DNA of 64,000 bases from Candidatus Daviesbacteria bacterium (lineage in GTDB: Bacteria > Patescibacteriota > Microgenomatia > Daviesbacterales > UBA10151): NCBI GenBank assembly GCA_016432425.1, contig CP066688.1, positions 446,211-510,210 on the forward strand, in the 5' to 3' direction. Below are positions 50,375 to 61,415 of this stretch, in pieces. The notes beneath the pieces were generated by a model that was not told the origin of the DNA, searched no databases, and worked only from the letters and a program-made list of their open reading frames with translations. The translations under genes were made by a program, and so were the position numbers. The stretch's first letter is position 1. Each line of letters begins with the position of its first letter.

Positions 50375-50841
50375 TAACCGCGTGCCTATTGAAGAATGAA
50401 CCGGTGAGTTATCGTTATTTTCAAGTCTAAGCAAGTTTACTTGTGCAGGCGCAGTGAAAGCGAGGGTTAATAGCCCGCATGCCCTGAGTTTATCGAAGGG
50501 TAAGAAGATGACGTTAGACCCGAAACCGAGTGAGCTAACCATGTCCAGGGTGAACCCGCCTTAATCGGCGTGGGGAGGCCCGAACCCGTATCTGGATCAA
50601 AAGGTTGGGATGAGGTGTGGTTAGGGGTGATATGCCTAACGAACTCGGAGATATAGGGGTAGAGCACTGGATGGTCTTTCCGCCGCAAGGCGGGAGATCA
50701 ACCAAACTCCGAATACTACTGCGATTATCTTGAGGAGTCAGTCCGATCCGGCTAAGCGGAGCGGGCCTAAGGGAAACATCCCAGATCAATAGCTAAGGTC
50801 CCTAAAACAGGTTAAGTGTTAAAGGTAGTCTTGATCCTTAT

Positions 50842-50898
<57 letters not shown>

Positions 50899-51776
50899 TG
50901 GTCTACTACGGATTGGGGCGCCGACAATGTATCGGGGCTCAAACCTGTTACCGAAGCTTTGGGGGTGCACCATATGGTGCACCCGGTAGAGGAGCGTCCG
51001 CCAAACAGTGAAGGTGAGTTGTAAGACTTGCTGGAGATTGGCGGAGTGAGAATGCCGGTATGAGTAGCGTATTGATGTGAAAAACATCATCGCCGTAAGC
51101 CCAAGGTTTTCCACGCAACGTTAATCGGCGTGGAGTTAGTCGATCCTAAGGTCAGGCCAAATGGCGTAGCCGATGGACAACAGGTTAAAATTCCTGTACT
51201 TTTGTTTTCTGTCAAAGACTTCAAGGGTTGACGGAGTGGGAAAATTTTCTACCCTGAGTGAGGAGCGTCAGCTCCGAATCGAAGGGTCTAAGCAACAAGT
51301 TAGTGGAGGCAGGCAAATCTACCTCCATGTGTCATCAGTTTCTCTTGAGCAATCGAGCGAGCTGGTGGCTTTAAAAAATACGAGTTGTTATGGCGTAAGA
51401 GAAGATTTTTCTGTTTCCAAGAAAAGACTCGTGAAGGAGAAAATGAAATTCGTACCAAAACCGACACAGGTGGGTAGATTGAGTATATTAAGGCGATCGG
51501 GAGAACTATCCTTAAGGAACTCGGCAAAATAGCTGGACGTAACTTATTGGAGATGTCCTGTCTTTCATCGCAAGATGGAGGACCTCAGTTAATGACGCTA
51601 AGCGACTGTTTATCAAAAACACAGCTCCCTGCTAAATCGAAAGATGATGTATAGGGGGTGACACCTGCCCAGTGCCAGTAATTTAACACTTCAGTTGATC
51701 CCTTTCCGCAAGGTCAGGAGGAGGTTGGGGTCTAAGATCTGGTGAACGGCAGCAGTAACTATAACTGTTCTATGGT

Positions 51777-52534
51777 GAGATTCGTTGCCTTAGAAGTAAA
51801 AATCCGTGAAAGCGGATGGTGTGTTTTTGAAATTCTGCTATATGCTGGAAACTCTGTAGTATCCTAAGCTAGTTATTGATTTTTGGTAAAATTTCGGGTA
51901 ATACTGAAATAATGTCTAATTTGATAACTAATAATGTTCTAGGTGCAGACAATCAGCAGGAAAGACTAGTGGAAATTGGTTGGATAGTTGGTTTTGTAGA
52001 TGGAGAAGGTTGCTTTTCAACTGGAATTGTTCAACAAAATGATCGTCCCGGAAGAAAAGGATACAAACTTCGTTATCAAGTATTCTATGAATTTGCAGTA
52101 ACTCAAGGAGCAAAAAGTATTGATTCTCTTGAGAAAATACACAAATACTTTGGAGTAGGTAGCGTAGTAATTAATAGACGATATGATAATCATAAAGAGC
52201 ATTTATATCGTTATATTGTTAGAAAGAAGGAAGATTTGTTGAATGTAATAATTCCTTTCTTCCAAAAGTATCATTTGCAATCTTCTAAGCAAAAAGATTT
52301 CGAAAAGTTTGTCCAAATTGTTAGTCTAGTTGATCAAAAAAGGCATCTAGAAGCGGATGGATTAATCGAAATATTAAAAATTGCTGAAACCATGAACCGA
52401 CAAAAATCCCGCCAAGATCTAATTAGAATCCTCAGAGACTAATACGCAGAAGTCCAATGAAAATTGGACAAGATAGAGTCCGAACTTTATGGCGACATAA
52501 AGAGTCTAGGTTTATCCTAGGAATAACATTTTTA
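51777..52534 (+). mobile_element. group I intron at 23S L1931
   Basis: Interrupts CTATGGT|AGCGAAATTCC; core ATGCTGGAAA, AATCAGCAGG, CTCAGAGACT, AAGATAGAGTCC. Confidence 0.9.
51876..52442 (+). CDS. single-motif LAGLIDADG homing endonuclease
   Basis: WIVGFVDGEGCF, F.VTQ, IIPFF; start may be ATG 51912. Confidence 0.92.
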   Translation: MIFGKISGNTEIMSNLITNNVLGADNQQERLVEIGWIVGFVDGEGCFSTGIVQQNDRPGRKGYKLRYQVFYEFAVTQGAKSIDSLEKIHKYFGVGSVVINRRYDNHKEHLYRYIVRKKEDLLNVIIPFFQKYHLQSSKQKDFEKFVQIVSLVDQKRHLEADGLIEILKIAETMNRQKSRQDLIRILRD

Positions 52535-52654
52535 AGCGAAATTCCTTGTCTGGTGAGTTCAGACCCGCACGAAAGGTAGAACGACTTAGCGACTGTCTTG
52601 AGGATAGACCCGGCGAAATTGCAATGGCTGTGAAGATGCGGCCTTCCCATACTT

Positions 52655-52690
<36 letters not shown>

Positions 52691-53042
52691 ACTCTGATTT
52701 AAAAGTTAAATTGTGTAGCGTAGGAGGGATCCTGAGAGCAATCGAAGGAAACAATGAAACACCTCTCTTTTTAAGTTTTAAGTCTCACCATGGGCCCTAG
52801 AAAAACGGGCCATGGGACCAAGTCTGGCGGGCAGTTTTACTGGGGCGGTACCCTCCAAAAAAGTAACGGAGGGGTACAAAGGTACACTTGTCTCGAATGG
52901 AAACCGAGACTGAAGCGTAAAGGTATACAGTGTGCTTGACTGCGAGAGGTACATCTCGAGCAGGGACGAAAGTCGGTCTTAATGATCCTCACGTAGCTTA
53001 TGGGAGCGCGTGGGCTTAACGGATAAAAGCTACCCCGGGGAT

Positions 53043-53924
53043 ACAAATGTGTCCTGTCCCGATATATAATGAAATCGGGACGATAATGTGGCTAATAACG
53101 GTGAAACCTATCAATTGGTGGTTTGGTCTTACCAAATGCATCGAGACAATTAGTAGGCAATACCGTGGGAAGTCGAAGGTATGGACAAGATACAAAAGGC
53201 AATAGTTATTGGAACTATTTTAGGAGACGGTTTTTTGCAAAAAACTGGCAAAAATAATGCTCGTTTAAGGCTAGAACATAGTTTAAAACAGCAGGATTAT
53301 CTTCTCTGGAAGTGTCAAATTTTAAATAATTTCTTTCAGAAAAAGCCAAAGATTTTAACAAGAACCAATCTGAAATTTGGTAAAAGTTACCAATATATCA
53401 GAAACCAATCCTATTCTGGTTTGGAGTTTGGAAAACTACATCAACTTTTTTATGTTGATGGTAAAAGGGTTGTCCCAAATGAGATATCCAAACTTCTCAA
53501 AAATCCAATGAGTTTGGCTGTTTGGTTTATGGATGATGGGTATTACTACTTTAGAGATAAAATAGCTTATATCTATTTACCTGAACTAGACTCGGATTCA
53601 ATAAATAACTTATTAATTGCTTTGCGAATGAATTATGGTTTATCTCCTCAACTAAAAATTAAAAAAAGAGGGGAATATGTTTTAAACTTTAGCGTAAAAG
53701 ATACAGCAAAGTTAATTCAAATAATTAAACCATATATCATAAAATCTATGTCCTACAAATTACCTTTTGACCCCGTATCGACTGAACCTAGTAGCAAAGA
53801 GTAAATATCATTTATTCTTGGGTGAGATGTGAGGTTAAATCTTGCATCATATGCCGCACTCCAGCACCAAATTGGTGTTGGATGAAGATATAGTCAGTAC
53901 TAACAGTGATGTTAGATTTTTATG
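53043..53924 (+). mobile_element. group I intron at 23S L2449
   Basis: Interrupts GGGGAT|AACAGGC; ends in G; AACGGTGAAA, AATACCGTG, CCCGTATCGACT, GAAGATATAGTC. Confidence 0.92.
53181..53804 (+). CDS. double-motif LAGLIDADG homing endonuclease
   Basis: VIGTILGDG and SLAVWFMDDG motifs. Confidence 0.92.
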   Translation: MDKIQKAIVIGTILGDGFLQKTGKNNARLRLEHSLKQQDYLLWKCQILNNFFQKKPKILTRTNLKFGKSYQYIRNQSYSGLEFGKLHQLFYVDGKRVVPNEISKLLKNPMSLAVWFMDDGYYYFRDKIAYIYLPELDSDSINNLLIALRMNYGLSPQLKIKKRGEYVLNFSVKDTAKLIQIIKPYIIKSMSYKLPFDPVSTEPSSKE

Positions 53925-54068
53925 AACAGGCTAGTCTTGCCCTACAGTCCACAAGGACGGCAAGGTTCGGCACCTCGATGTCGGCTCATCGCATCCTCCT
54001 GCTGAAGTAGGTGGGAAGGGTCGGGCTGTTCGCCCGTTAAAGCGGTACGCGAGCTGGGTTCAAACCGT

Positions 54069-54792
54069 TTAGTAGTTGAGAATTTTTCGACTATTGAACA
54101 GTTTGAACCCGAGGTTTAAGACATCAAAATTACGGCGGCGCAGTACAGCAATGTATTGTGTAAAGCTGATTCATATCGGTGAAATCCTGATGTAAGGTTG
54201 CATAGCAACCTGTCATATGTTAGGATAATACCGAGGGAAATTGTCCATGGTTAAATTACTTTCTGAAGTTAAAAAAGCTTACATAGCAGGTTTTTTGGAT
54301 GGAGATGGAAGTATTTATGTTAGAGCAAAACCTAACTCTGATTACAGATTTGGTTTTCAAATTGCTCCCTACATAATTTTATTTCAATCTTCCAAAGAAA
54401 AAGAGAAATTTACAGAGCTTTGTAAGTTAATTGGTTTTGGGTATATGAGAGAAAGAAAAGATGGAGTTTTAGAATATACTATCAATAAGATAGCAGATAT
54501 TCGAGAATTCTTGAAAGCAATATATCCATTTTCTATTTTAAAGAAAAGACAGATAGAATTAATGTTAAAAATTCTGGATGCCAAGGAAAAAATAGAATCA
54601 GAGAGTGATTTTCAAGCTCTTTTAGAATTAGTTGATTCGTATAGAAGCTTAAATTATTCTAAAAAGAGAATTAACCGTGTATTAACCCCGTAGAGACTAC
54701 AAATCAGCCATCCTGAGCGAAGTCGAAGGATGAAAGTATAGTCCATGCCTTTAGAATAAGCAGAGCTTTTCTGCGAATAGAGGAATTACATG
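54069..54792 (+). mobile_element. group I intron at 23S L2593
   Basis: Interrupts AAACCGT|CGTAAGACAG; ends in G; ATCGGTGAAA, AATACCGAG, CCCGTAGAGACT, AAGTATAGTCC. Confidence 0.92.
54241..54693 (+). CDS. single-motif LAGLIDADG homing endonuclease (I-CreI-like)
   Basis: YIAGFLDGDGSI, LKKRQ, LNYSKKR; start probably ATG 54247. Confidence 0.92.
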   Translation: MSMVKLLSEVKKAYIAGFLDGDGSIYVRAKPNSDYRFGFQIAPYIILFQSSKEKEKFTELCKLIGFGYMRERKDGVLEYTINKIADIREFLKAIYPFSILKKRQIELMLKILDAKEKIESESDFQALLELVDSYRSLNYSKKRINRVLTP

Positions 54793-55264
54793 CGTAAGAC
54801 AGGTTGGTCTCTATCCAGTATGGGCGTTTTGATTCTTGAGGGGAGTTGTCTCTAGTACGAGAGGACCGAGATGAGGAAACCTCTAGTGTGCCTGTTGTAC
54901 CAAAAGTGCAGCGCAGGGTAGCTACGTTTCTAACTGATAAGTGCTGAAAGCATCTAAGCACGAAGCAGGCCCCAAGATAAGGAATCTTTAAGATCCCTGG
55001 AAGACTACCAGGTCCCGCAAGGGAATCCTGAGAGCAATCGAAGGATTGATAGGTTGGCGGTGTAAGTGCTGTAAGGTATTTAGCCTACCAATACTAATGA
55101 TCGTTGTTGATACATTCGACTAATGCTCAGTGTCAATACTGAGTGAAATCGAATGTATTGAGATTTTTTGACTCACAGCCTTCTTTTAAAATACGTATTC
55201 ACATTTCAGGGCGCAAAATTAGTCAAATTTGACTTATCATCCTTATTTGTTTTATACTAAAAGC

Positions 55265-55381
55265 CTCGGTGGTTGGAGCGGTAAGGTTCCACCTGATTCC
55301 ATCCCGAACTCAGTAGTGAAACTTACCAGCGGGGACGATAATGCATCCGCAAGGTTGCGTGAAAATACCTCACTGCCGGAT
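55265..55381 (+). rRNA. rrf: 5S rRNA
   Basis: CCACCTGATTCCATCCCGAACTCAGTAGTGAAA; terminal stem CGGTGG/CTGCCG. Confidence 0.92.
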
Positions 55382-55405
55382 TTTTAGAAAGACAGGTGAA
55401 AATGT

Positions 55406-56518
55406 TTGGCAAAAGCAACTTCTAATTCAAAAATACTCTCTATGGAGGATCTTTTATCCTCCGTTAAACCAATTTTCTTCTCCCGTGGCCAAGAAATTAC
55501 CGGCCAAATCATGGTTAAAACTGACCGGGAAGCAGTTTTAGATTTAAATGGTAAGTCCGATGGAATCATTTCCAGCAGAGATTTTAGTAGTGAAGCTTTT
55601 GCTAAATTAAAAGTGGGAGATGTTGTCTCCGGCTTTGTGGTAGGGGAAAATGATTCAGGTCAAATCCAACTTAGCACCTCTCCTAAAAGTGCGCCTGCCA
55701 GACGTTCTCGTGGTGGTGGCAGTATCTCTTGGGACCACTTTATCCAAGCTAAAAACCAACAAACTCCCCTTAATGCCAAAGTTATAGAGGTTAACAAGGG
55801 TGGGTTAATGTTGGAAGTAGCAGGGGTGAGGGGGTTTTTACCCAGCTCTCTAATTGGTTACCATCTTATTCATCAAGTTGACCAAAATGGGCTATCCGGT
55901 AAAGAAACTACTGTCTTAGTTTCGGAGATAGATGAGGATAGTAATAGATTAATCTTTACACAAAAAGACTTGTTAGGGGAAGATATAAAACAAATATTGG
56001 ATAAAATAAGTATGCAAAAAGAAATCACTGCTAAAGTTTTAACTGTTTTGCCTTTTGCTGCAGTTGTAGAGATGGAAAAAGGGGTTAATGGAGTAGTTTT
56101 TAGCAGCGAAGCTAGTTGGGAGGGAACAAATTTGGCAACTTTATTAACAGCCGGCCAGGAAGTTAAAGCCAAAATAATCTCCATAGATAAAGATTTGGGC
56201 AGGGTGAGTTTAAGTGTTAAACAGCTGCAAAAAAATCCCTTTGATGAGGTGGCAGAGAAATTACAGCCTGATGATGTAGTTAAGGCCATGGTCACGCAGA
56301 TTAATGACCAGGGAGTAAACTTTGAATTAAAAGATCCCTCGAGCGAACTCGGGACAGGTGGGATAGTTGGATTTATGGAAAATAGTAAAAAAGAGGCTGG
56401 GGTAAGCTATGAAGTGGGACAAAGCGTGCAGGTCCTGGTAGATTCAGTGGATAAAAGAAGGCAAAGAGTCAATTTAGCTCCGTTTATTACTACCACTAAG
56501 GGATTGATCTATAAATAA
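55406..56518 (+). CDS. rpsA: S1 RNA-binding domain protein (ribosomal protein S1-like)
   Basis: Four S1-like repeats; NKGGL, RGFLPSS, RVSLSVKQL..NP. Confidence 0.75.
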   Translation: MAKATSNSKILSMEDLLSSVKPIFFSRGQEITGQIMVKTDREAVLDLNGKSDGIISSRDFSSEAFAKLKVGDVVSGFVVGENDSGQIQLSTSPKSAPARRSRGGGSISWDHFIQAKNQQTPLNAKVIEVNKGGLMLEVAGVRGFLPSSLIGYHLIHQVDQNGLSGKETTVLVSEIDEDSNRLIFTQKDLLGEDIKQILDKISMQKEITAKVLTVLPFAAVVEMEKGVNGVVFSSEASWEGTNLATLLTAGQEVKAKIISIDKDLGRVSLSVKQLQKNPFDEVAEKLQPDDVVKAMVTQINDQGVNFELKDPSSELGTGGIVGFMENSKKEAGVSYEVGQSVQVLVDSVDKRRQRVNLAPFITTTKGLIYK

Positions 56519-56538
56519 TTGATCTATAAATAATTGAT
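56503..56538. repeat. 15-bp tandem duplication over the stop codon
   Basis: ATTGATCTATAAATA twice plus ATTGAT. Confidence 0.8.
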
Positions 56539-56549
56539 ATAATACCCTC

Positions 56550-57842
56550 ATGCCAAGGTTAACTTCAGTCTACATTTGCCAGCAATGTGGTTATCAATCT
56601 TCCCAATATCTAGGCCGCTGTCCTAATTGCGATTCCTGGAACTCTTTTGTAGAAGAAGTAGAAGAAGTAGTCAGTAGCAGGCAGCAAGCAGTAAATAAAG
56701 CGGCAGAGATTGTCAATTTGGCGGAGTTTGATGACAAGGGTTATGAACGGATTTCTACCAAAATGGAAGAGTTTGACCGGGTATTGGGGGGAGGAGTAGT
56801 CAAAGGTTCTCTGGTCCTGGTGGCAGGAGAGCCGGGAGTGGGTAAGTCCACCTTATTAACTCATTTAAGCATTAATATTCCTAATACTTTATATGTGGCC
56901 GGAGAGGAATCTCCCAGCCAGATTAAACTCAGGGTGAACAGGATTAACCCCAAGGCTCAACTTTTCATCTTAAATGAAACAGACGTAGATGTTATTATTG
57001 GAGCAATTAAACAATTTCAGCCCGGTTTGGTGATTATTGACTCCATCCAGGTTCTACAAACCACTGATTTATCCTCGGTGGCAGGCTCGGTGGGACAGGT
57101 ACGAGAGTGTGCCTATCGTTTGCAACGCCTGGCTAAAGAAAGCCACATCCCCATTTTCTTGGTCGGCCATGTGACTAAAGAAGGGACAGTGGCCGGTCCC
57201 AAAACCCTGGAACATTTGGTGGATGTGGTTTTAAGCCTGGAAGGGGATCAAACCAGCCAATTTAGGATTTTAAGGGGCAATAAAAACCGTTTTGGACCCA
57301 CAGATGAGGTAGGGATTTTTGAAATGGCTGAGAGAGGTATGGACGAGGTTAAAAATCCTTCTAGGTTATTTTTGGAAAGTAAGCAAAATTCTCCTGGCTC
57401 AGCTGTAACTGCCATTATTACGGGACTCCGCCCACTACTGGTGGAAATTCAGGCCTTGGTAGTTAAAACTTCCTTAAGCTTTGGGCGGCGGGTAGCTTTG
57501 GGGATTGATAATAACCGTCTGCAGCTTTTGGTGGCTGTTTTGCAAAAAAGATTAAATTTACCGCTGTTCCAATATGATATTTTTGTTAATGTGACAGGGG
57601 GACTGCGGATCAATGAGCCGGCTGCTGATTTGGCCATTATTTTAGCTCTAGCATCTTCTTTCAAAGATAAAATCATACCAGCTAAGACTGTTTTTATTGG
57701 AGAAGTCGGGTTACTGGGGGAAATTAGATCAGTCAAAGCCTTGGAAAAAAGGATCACCGAGGCTAAAAAGTTGGGGTATACCCGGGTAATTAGTTCTAAA
57801 AATACCCAAAATATCTCAGAAATTATTAAAAAAATCAGCTAA
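56550..57842 (+). CDS. radA: DNA repair protein RadA/Sms
   Basis: CxxC-CxxC zinc finger, GEPGVGKST, KNRFG, LVEIQAL. Confidence 0.96.
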   Translation: MPRLTSVYICQQCGYQSSQYLGRCPNCDSWNSFVEEVEEVVSSRQQAVNKAAEIVNLAEFDDKGYERISTKMEEFDRVLGGGVVKGSLVLVAGEPGVGKSTLLTHLSINIPNTLYVAGEESPSQIKLRVNRINPKAQLFILNETDVDVIIGAIKQFQPGLVIIDSIQVLQTTDLSSVAGSVGQVRECAYRLQRLAKESHIPIFLVGHVTKEGTVAGPKTLEHLVDVVLSLEGDQTSQFRILRGNKNRFGPTDEVGIFEMAERGMDEVKNPSRLFLESKQNSPGSAVTAIITGLRPLLVEIQALVVKTSLSFGRRVALGIDNNRLQLLVAVLQKRLNLPLFQYDIFVNVTGGLRINEPAADLAIILALASSFKDKIIPAKTVFIGEVGLLGEIRSVKALEKRITEAKKLGYTRVISSKNTQNISEIIKKIS

Positions 57843-57879
57843 TTATTAAAACCCGAAGGCAAACCCGAACATCCACTGG

Positions 57880-57888
57880 TTATCCACA
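57880..57888 (+). promoter_or_regulatory. DnaA box
   Basis: Perfect TTATCCACA in an intergenic region; function not shown. Confidence 0.35.
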
Positions 57889-57915
57889 AAATAGAGCTGT
57901 GGGAACTATTATCTC

Positions 57916-58920
57916 TTGTCATCCGGTAATTTCTATGTCAGAATAATGACGGCAAGAATTTTTTTATTCGATAACTTTCTTGTCAAAGGAAATTATTTCG
58001 TGTCAATCAAGTTAATTTTACGCCTGGTTTTGGCTGTGGTGTTTGCCACACTGGCCATTATATATTCTGAGCTCCTGCCGCCCATTGAGGGGGCCAATGC
58101 CTTTCTGTTGCGGGCTGCTATTACTATTTTGTTAGGAGTAATTGGTTTTGCTATTTTCCCGGAGCTGGCTACCAGAGTGACTACTGCCACTATTCATCTT
58201 TTTAATTTAACTATTACCCGGATTTCCACGGAGATTTTAAACCAGATTTTGCGGGTGTCCCGCCAAACCCATGTGAGCCAACCCTCAGTTTTGCCAACTC
58301 GGGGCAGTAATATAAGTAACCCTTTAATCATAGATACCTCAGCCATTATTGACGGGCGGGTACTGGATATTGCCAAAACCGGATTTATCAATGGTTTGGT
58401 ACTAGTCCCTAATTTTGTCTTATTGGAGCTACAACAGGTGGCTGATTCCAAAAGTAGCGAGAAAAGAGCCCGGGGCAGGCGGGGTTTCGAAATAATGGAG
58501 GAGCTAAAGCGGGTCAGTGACTCGTCTGGGGCTAAAATGAAGGTAGAGGTTTGGGATAAAGAGATTAAAGGTAAAGATGTGGATGAAAAATTAGTGAACC
58601 TGACGAAGGCTTTAAATGGGAAAATTCTTACTACTGACTTTAATTTAAACCGTCTGGCCGGGGCCCACAGTGTTTTGGTATTAAATATTAATGATTTGGC
58701 TAATGCCTTAAAAACCATTGCCATCCCCGGAGAAAGACTAAAGATTAAAATTCTGCATTTGGGTAAAGATGCCCACCAGGGAGTAGGGTATTTAGCTGAT
58801 GGGACCATGATTGTGGTCCAGGATGGGGCAGGGGCAGTGGGGAAAACTATTGAAATAGAAGTGACTAAAATTCTGCAAATTCCCGCCGGCCGGATGATTT
58901 TTGCCCAAAAAAGTTCGTAA
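57916..58920 (+). CDS. PIN/TRAM domain membrane protein (YacL-like)
   Basis: DTSAIIDGR, ELQQVADS, TTDFNL, QGVGYL.DGTMIVV, GRMIFA; follows radA; true start probably near 58000. Confidence 0.92.
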   Translation: MSSGNFYVRIMTARIFLFDNFLVKGNYFVSIKLILRLVLAVVFATLAIIYSELLPPIEGANAFLLRAAITILLGVIGFAIFPELATRVTTATIHLFNLTITRISTEILNQILRVSRQTHVSQPSVLPTRGSNISNPLIIDTSAIIDGRVLDIAKTGFINGLVLVPNFVLLELQQVADSKSSEKRARGRRGFEIMEELKRVSDSSGAKMKVEVWDKEIKGKDVDEKLVNLTKALNGKILTTDFNLNRLAGAHSVLVLNINDLANALKTIAIPGERLKIKILHLGKDAHQGVGYLADGTMIVVQDGAGAVGKTIEIEVTKILQIPAGRMIFAQKSS

Positions 58921-58940
58921 AGTGATAAAATGGCCTGGTT

Positions 58941-59912
58941 ATGTCACCGGAAGCTAAAGATGATGGTTTATACCCATCAGGGAATTTCTCCAGGCGGGAT
59001 TTTTTTGACCGCTCTTTTTGGTTACTCTCGATAGCAGGAATTACCCCTAAATATATTGATTATTTATATCAAAAATTTGTTAAGCCCGGAATAGAGAGAA
59101 CTAATCCCGCTGTAATTACAGCCGCACATTCTTTTTGGGAACCAAGATATACCAGGGAATGGGGGCCTATTTTTAAAGGGGGAGTTGAGCAGTTGCAGAA
59201 TCAGGATCCAAACCGGGGGTTAAGTTTATTTGATCAGGTTGCTCAGGCAAAAGGGATGCCGGTTAAGGCTTTAGAAACGGCTTTATACGTAATCAATTAC
59301 GCCATTGAGGAAGGTAATAGACAGTTGAATGCAGGAGAAATTAGTCAGGGGGTGAGAGATTCATACGGATTTTGCTGGGAAGCAGCTGCCTTTAGGGCCC
59401 GTTGGATTTCTCCTGGTTTAGGCAGCAGAGTGTACCAGGCAAATGGTTCCTCGTTTGTTTTGGATGAGGGTACGATGGCTGTGTGGGTCATGGCAGCAGG
59501 CACTAATATTGCCAAAATTAAAGATACTAAAGTAGCTTATGATGCCAACGGTAACAAGCTTTCAGACGCCATTTATCACCGGTTATATGAATGGTTCTTG
59601 AATCCTAATCGCCGGCCTTTTGTGCTTGACCGCCCTAAACCCGGTCAAGAAGGACAGTGGTTTGTGACTTGTTTGGGGGTTACTGAAGACCTCCAATTTG
59701 TCCTGACGGATGATTTTAATAATGGTCCCAACTATTTCCCGGTCAGCCTGGTTAATGCTTATATGGAACCTCAGCCTCTGGCAGCGGGGTTACCCATCCC
59801 TCCTGAACACCAGGAGGGAGTTAATCAATGGTTGGCTAAATGGGATGGGGGTAGAATTCCAGCGGATTTACACTTAGTTTATGATGGTTTATACAATAGC
59901 CAAAGAATTTAG
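58941..59912 (+). CDS. hypothetical protein with twin-arginine-like N-terminus
   Basis: SRRDFF motif; no family recognised. Confidence 0.6.
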   Translation: MSPEAKDDGLYPSGNFSRRDFFDRSFWLLSIAGITPKYIDYLYQKFVKPGIERTNPAVITAAHSFWEPRYTREWGPIFKGGVEQLQNQDPNRGLSLFDQVAQAKGMPVKALETALYVINYAIEEGNRQLNAGEISQGVRDSYGFCWEAAAFRARWISPGLGSRVYQANGSSFVLDEGTMAVWVMAAGTNIAKIKDTKVAYDANGNKLSDAIYHRLYEWFLNPNRRPFVLDRPKPGQEGQWFVTCLGVTEDLQFVLTDDFNNGPNYFPVSLVNAYMEPQPLAAGLPIPPEHQEGVNQWLAKWDGGRIPADLHLVYDGLYNSQRI

Positions 59913-59932
59913 TGACGCAAAGCGTCACTTTT
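59911..59932 (+). terminator. intrinsic terminator-like hairpin
   Basis: AGTGACGC-AAA-GCGTCACT followed by TTT. Confidence 0.55.
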
Positions 59933-60116
59933 CCACAAAATAATTTTTTCTGTTAATAATAAAAAGTAGGTAGCTAATTTGGGGCTTTGTGACAAGCTAA
60001 AATTGGCTAGATATCCTCTTTGTAAAACTACAGGACTATAGAAATTTTAAGTAAAAAACTCTATGGGTTAGATAAAACTTGACAAATAGTTTTTTTGGTG
60101 CTATGTTAAATCAACT

Positions 60117-60254
60117 ATGATGTTTTTGCAGCGGATGTTCAGCCCTAAAAAGGCCAGACAGTTGAAAAATAGGCAGTCAGAAGTAATTGTGGATCAGGTG
60201 AAGAAATTATTACAGGAAGCGGATCAAAGTATTATCTTAATGGTCCGTAGATAA
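60117..60254 (+). CDS. small 45 aa hypothetical protein (not in ORF track)
   Basis: MMFLQRMFSPKKARQLKNRQSEVIVDQVKKLLQEADQSIILMVRR; TTGACA-N17-TATGTT directly upstream and a terminator directly downstream. Confidence 0.6.
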   Translation: MMFLQRMFSPKKARQLKNRQSEVIVDQVKKLLQEADQSIILMVRR

Positions 60255-60296
60255 AAAGGGTTCCTTGAAGGCAGACGGATCAAGGAGCCTTTTTTA
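60254..60296. terminator. bidirectional intrinsic terminator
   Basis: AAAAAGGGTTCCTTGA...TCAAGGAGCCTTTTTTT. Confidence 0.7.
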
Positions 60297-60728
60297 TTTG
60301 CTTGTACTTTAAAACATTAAAAAAGCATTATTCTCGATTAGAGATGAAGGCTTTTTAGTAAGATTTTGAAAAAAATCCATTAAAAAAGCATTACTACCGC
60401 AGACGGACTCGAATAGCAATGCTTTTTTGATTTAAGTTCGAAAACACAACTTCTAGAGCAGTAAGAAATTATGTTTTCTATAGTTAGAATAGAACAAAAA
60501 TTTAAGGGTTGTCAAGCCCCAATTTTAGGTTCAAATTTAGAAAATTGGATAAATTTTGCCTGCAAAATTAAAGGATTGGAAAAAGTTAAGTTGTGAGCTA
60601 TATTGGGGGTTAGTCTAGGGCAGGGACTAGTCCCCAATATAGAACACAACCACCTCCGTCGGAATGGCAGTAACAGTTCAGTAATAAAAACGTAAAAAAC
60701 ATTGACTTGATAAGGAACCCATAGTAGA

Positions 60729-61415
60729 ATGCAAGTGAACTTCAAGGACATGAGTAACTCATTCAGAGATAAAACAATTAAAATCTGCTTGTTTTTAATA
60801 TCCTTAAGTATATTTTTAAGTGTTTCAGCGACCAATACTTTTGCCCAGCAAAGGCCAGTTCCACCACCCCCAACTCCTCCAGCCCCACCCGCGCCTCCTC
60901 CTCAAGTGCCCCAACCCCCAGCTCAACCTCCTCCTCAGATACCTCCACCGGTAATTAATATACCGGCGCCAATCATTAATCTGCCAGCCCCGGTAATCAA
61001 TATCCCTGCCCCCACAGTGGTTACTCCGCCACCCATGAACCAAAATACCAATGTCAGCAGCAGTAATGCCAACAGTAATGTTAATAATAATACTAATATT
61101 GCCCAGGCCCAGGGTGGGGCAGGGGGGTTTGCCAATGTCAATATATCCGGGGTAGCTCCGGCAGCAGTTCAACCAGTAGTTGTTCAACCGGCACCAGTGG
61201 TGGTGGCCAGACAAGCCGTTCCTGTAGCTCAAGTTTCCGGAGTCAGCTTCATAAAACAATTACCGGCCACTGGTTTGCCGGAAATTGCCTTAGCCAGTTT
61301 AGGTCTCATCCCTTTGGGGTCTATACTAAAAGCATATAAAAGTGGTATAAAAGGTATAAGAGAGAATCATGCTTCCTATATTTGGGAAAAGAGGCAGTTT
61401 AATTATCACAGCTAA
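60729..61415 (+). CDS. Pro-rich secreted protein with LPxTG-type sorting signal
   Basis: Signal peptide, poly-Pro, INIPAP repeats, KQLPATG + hydrophobic stretch + basic tail. Confidence 0.8.
   Translation: MQVNFKDMSNSFRDKTIKICLFLISLSIFLSVSATNTFAQQRPVPPPPTPPAPPAPPPQVPQPPAQPPPQIPPPVINIPAPIINLPAPVINIPAPTVVTPPPMNQNTNVSSSNANSNVNNNTNIAQAQGGAGGFANVNISGVAPAAVQPVVVQPAPVVVARQAVPVAQVSGVSFIKQLPATGLPEIALASLGLIPLGSILKAYKSGIKGIRENHASYIWEKRQFNYHS

Noticed and set aside
57848-57910. c-di-GMP-I riboswitch (GGCAAAC) or replication origin
   Set aside because: The rest of the riboswitch consensus is missing; one perfect DnaA box is too little evidence for oriC
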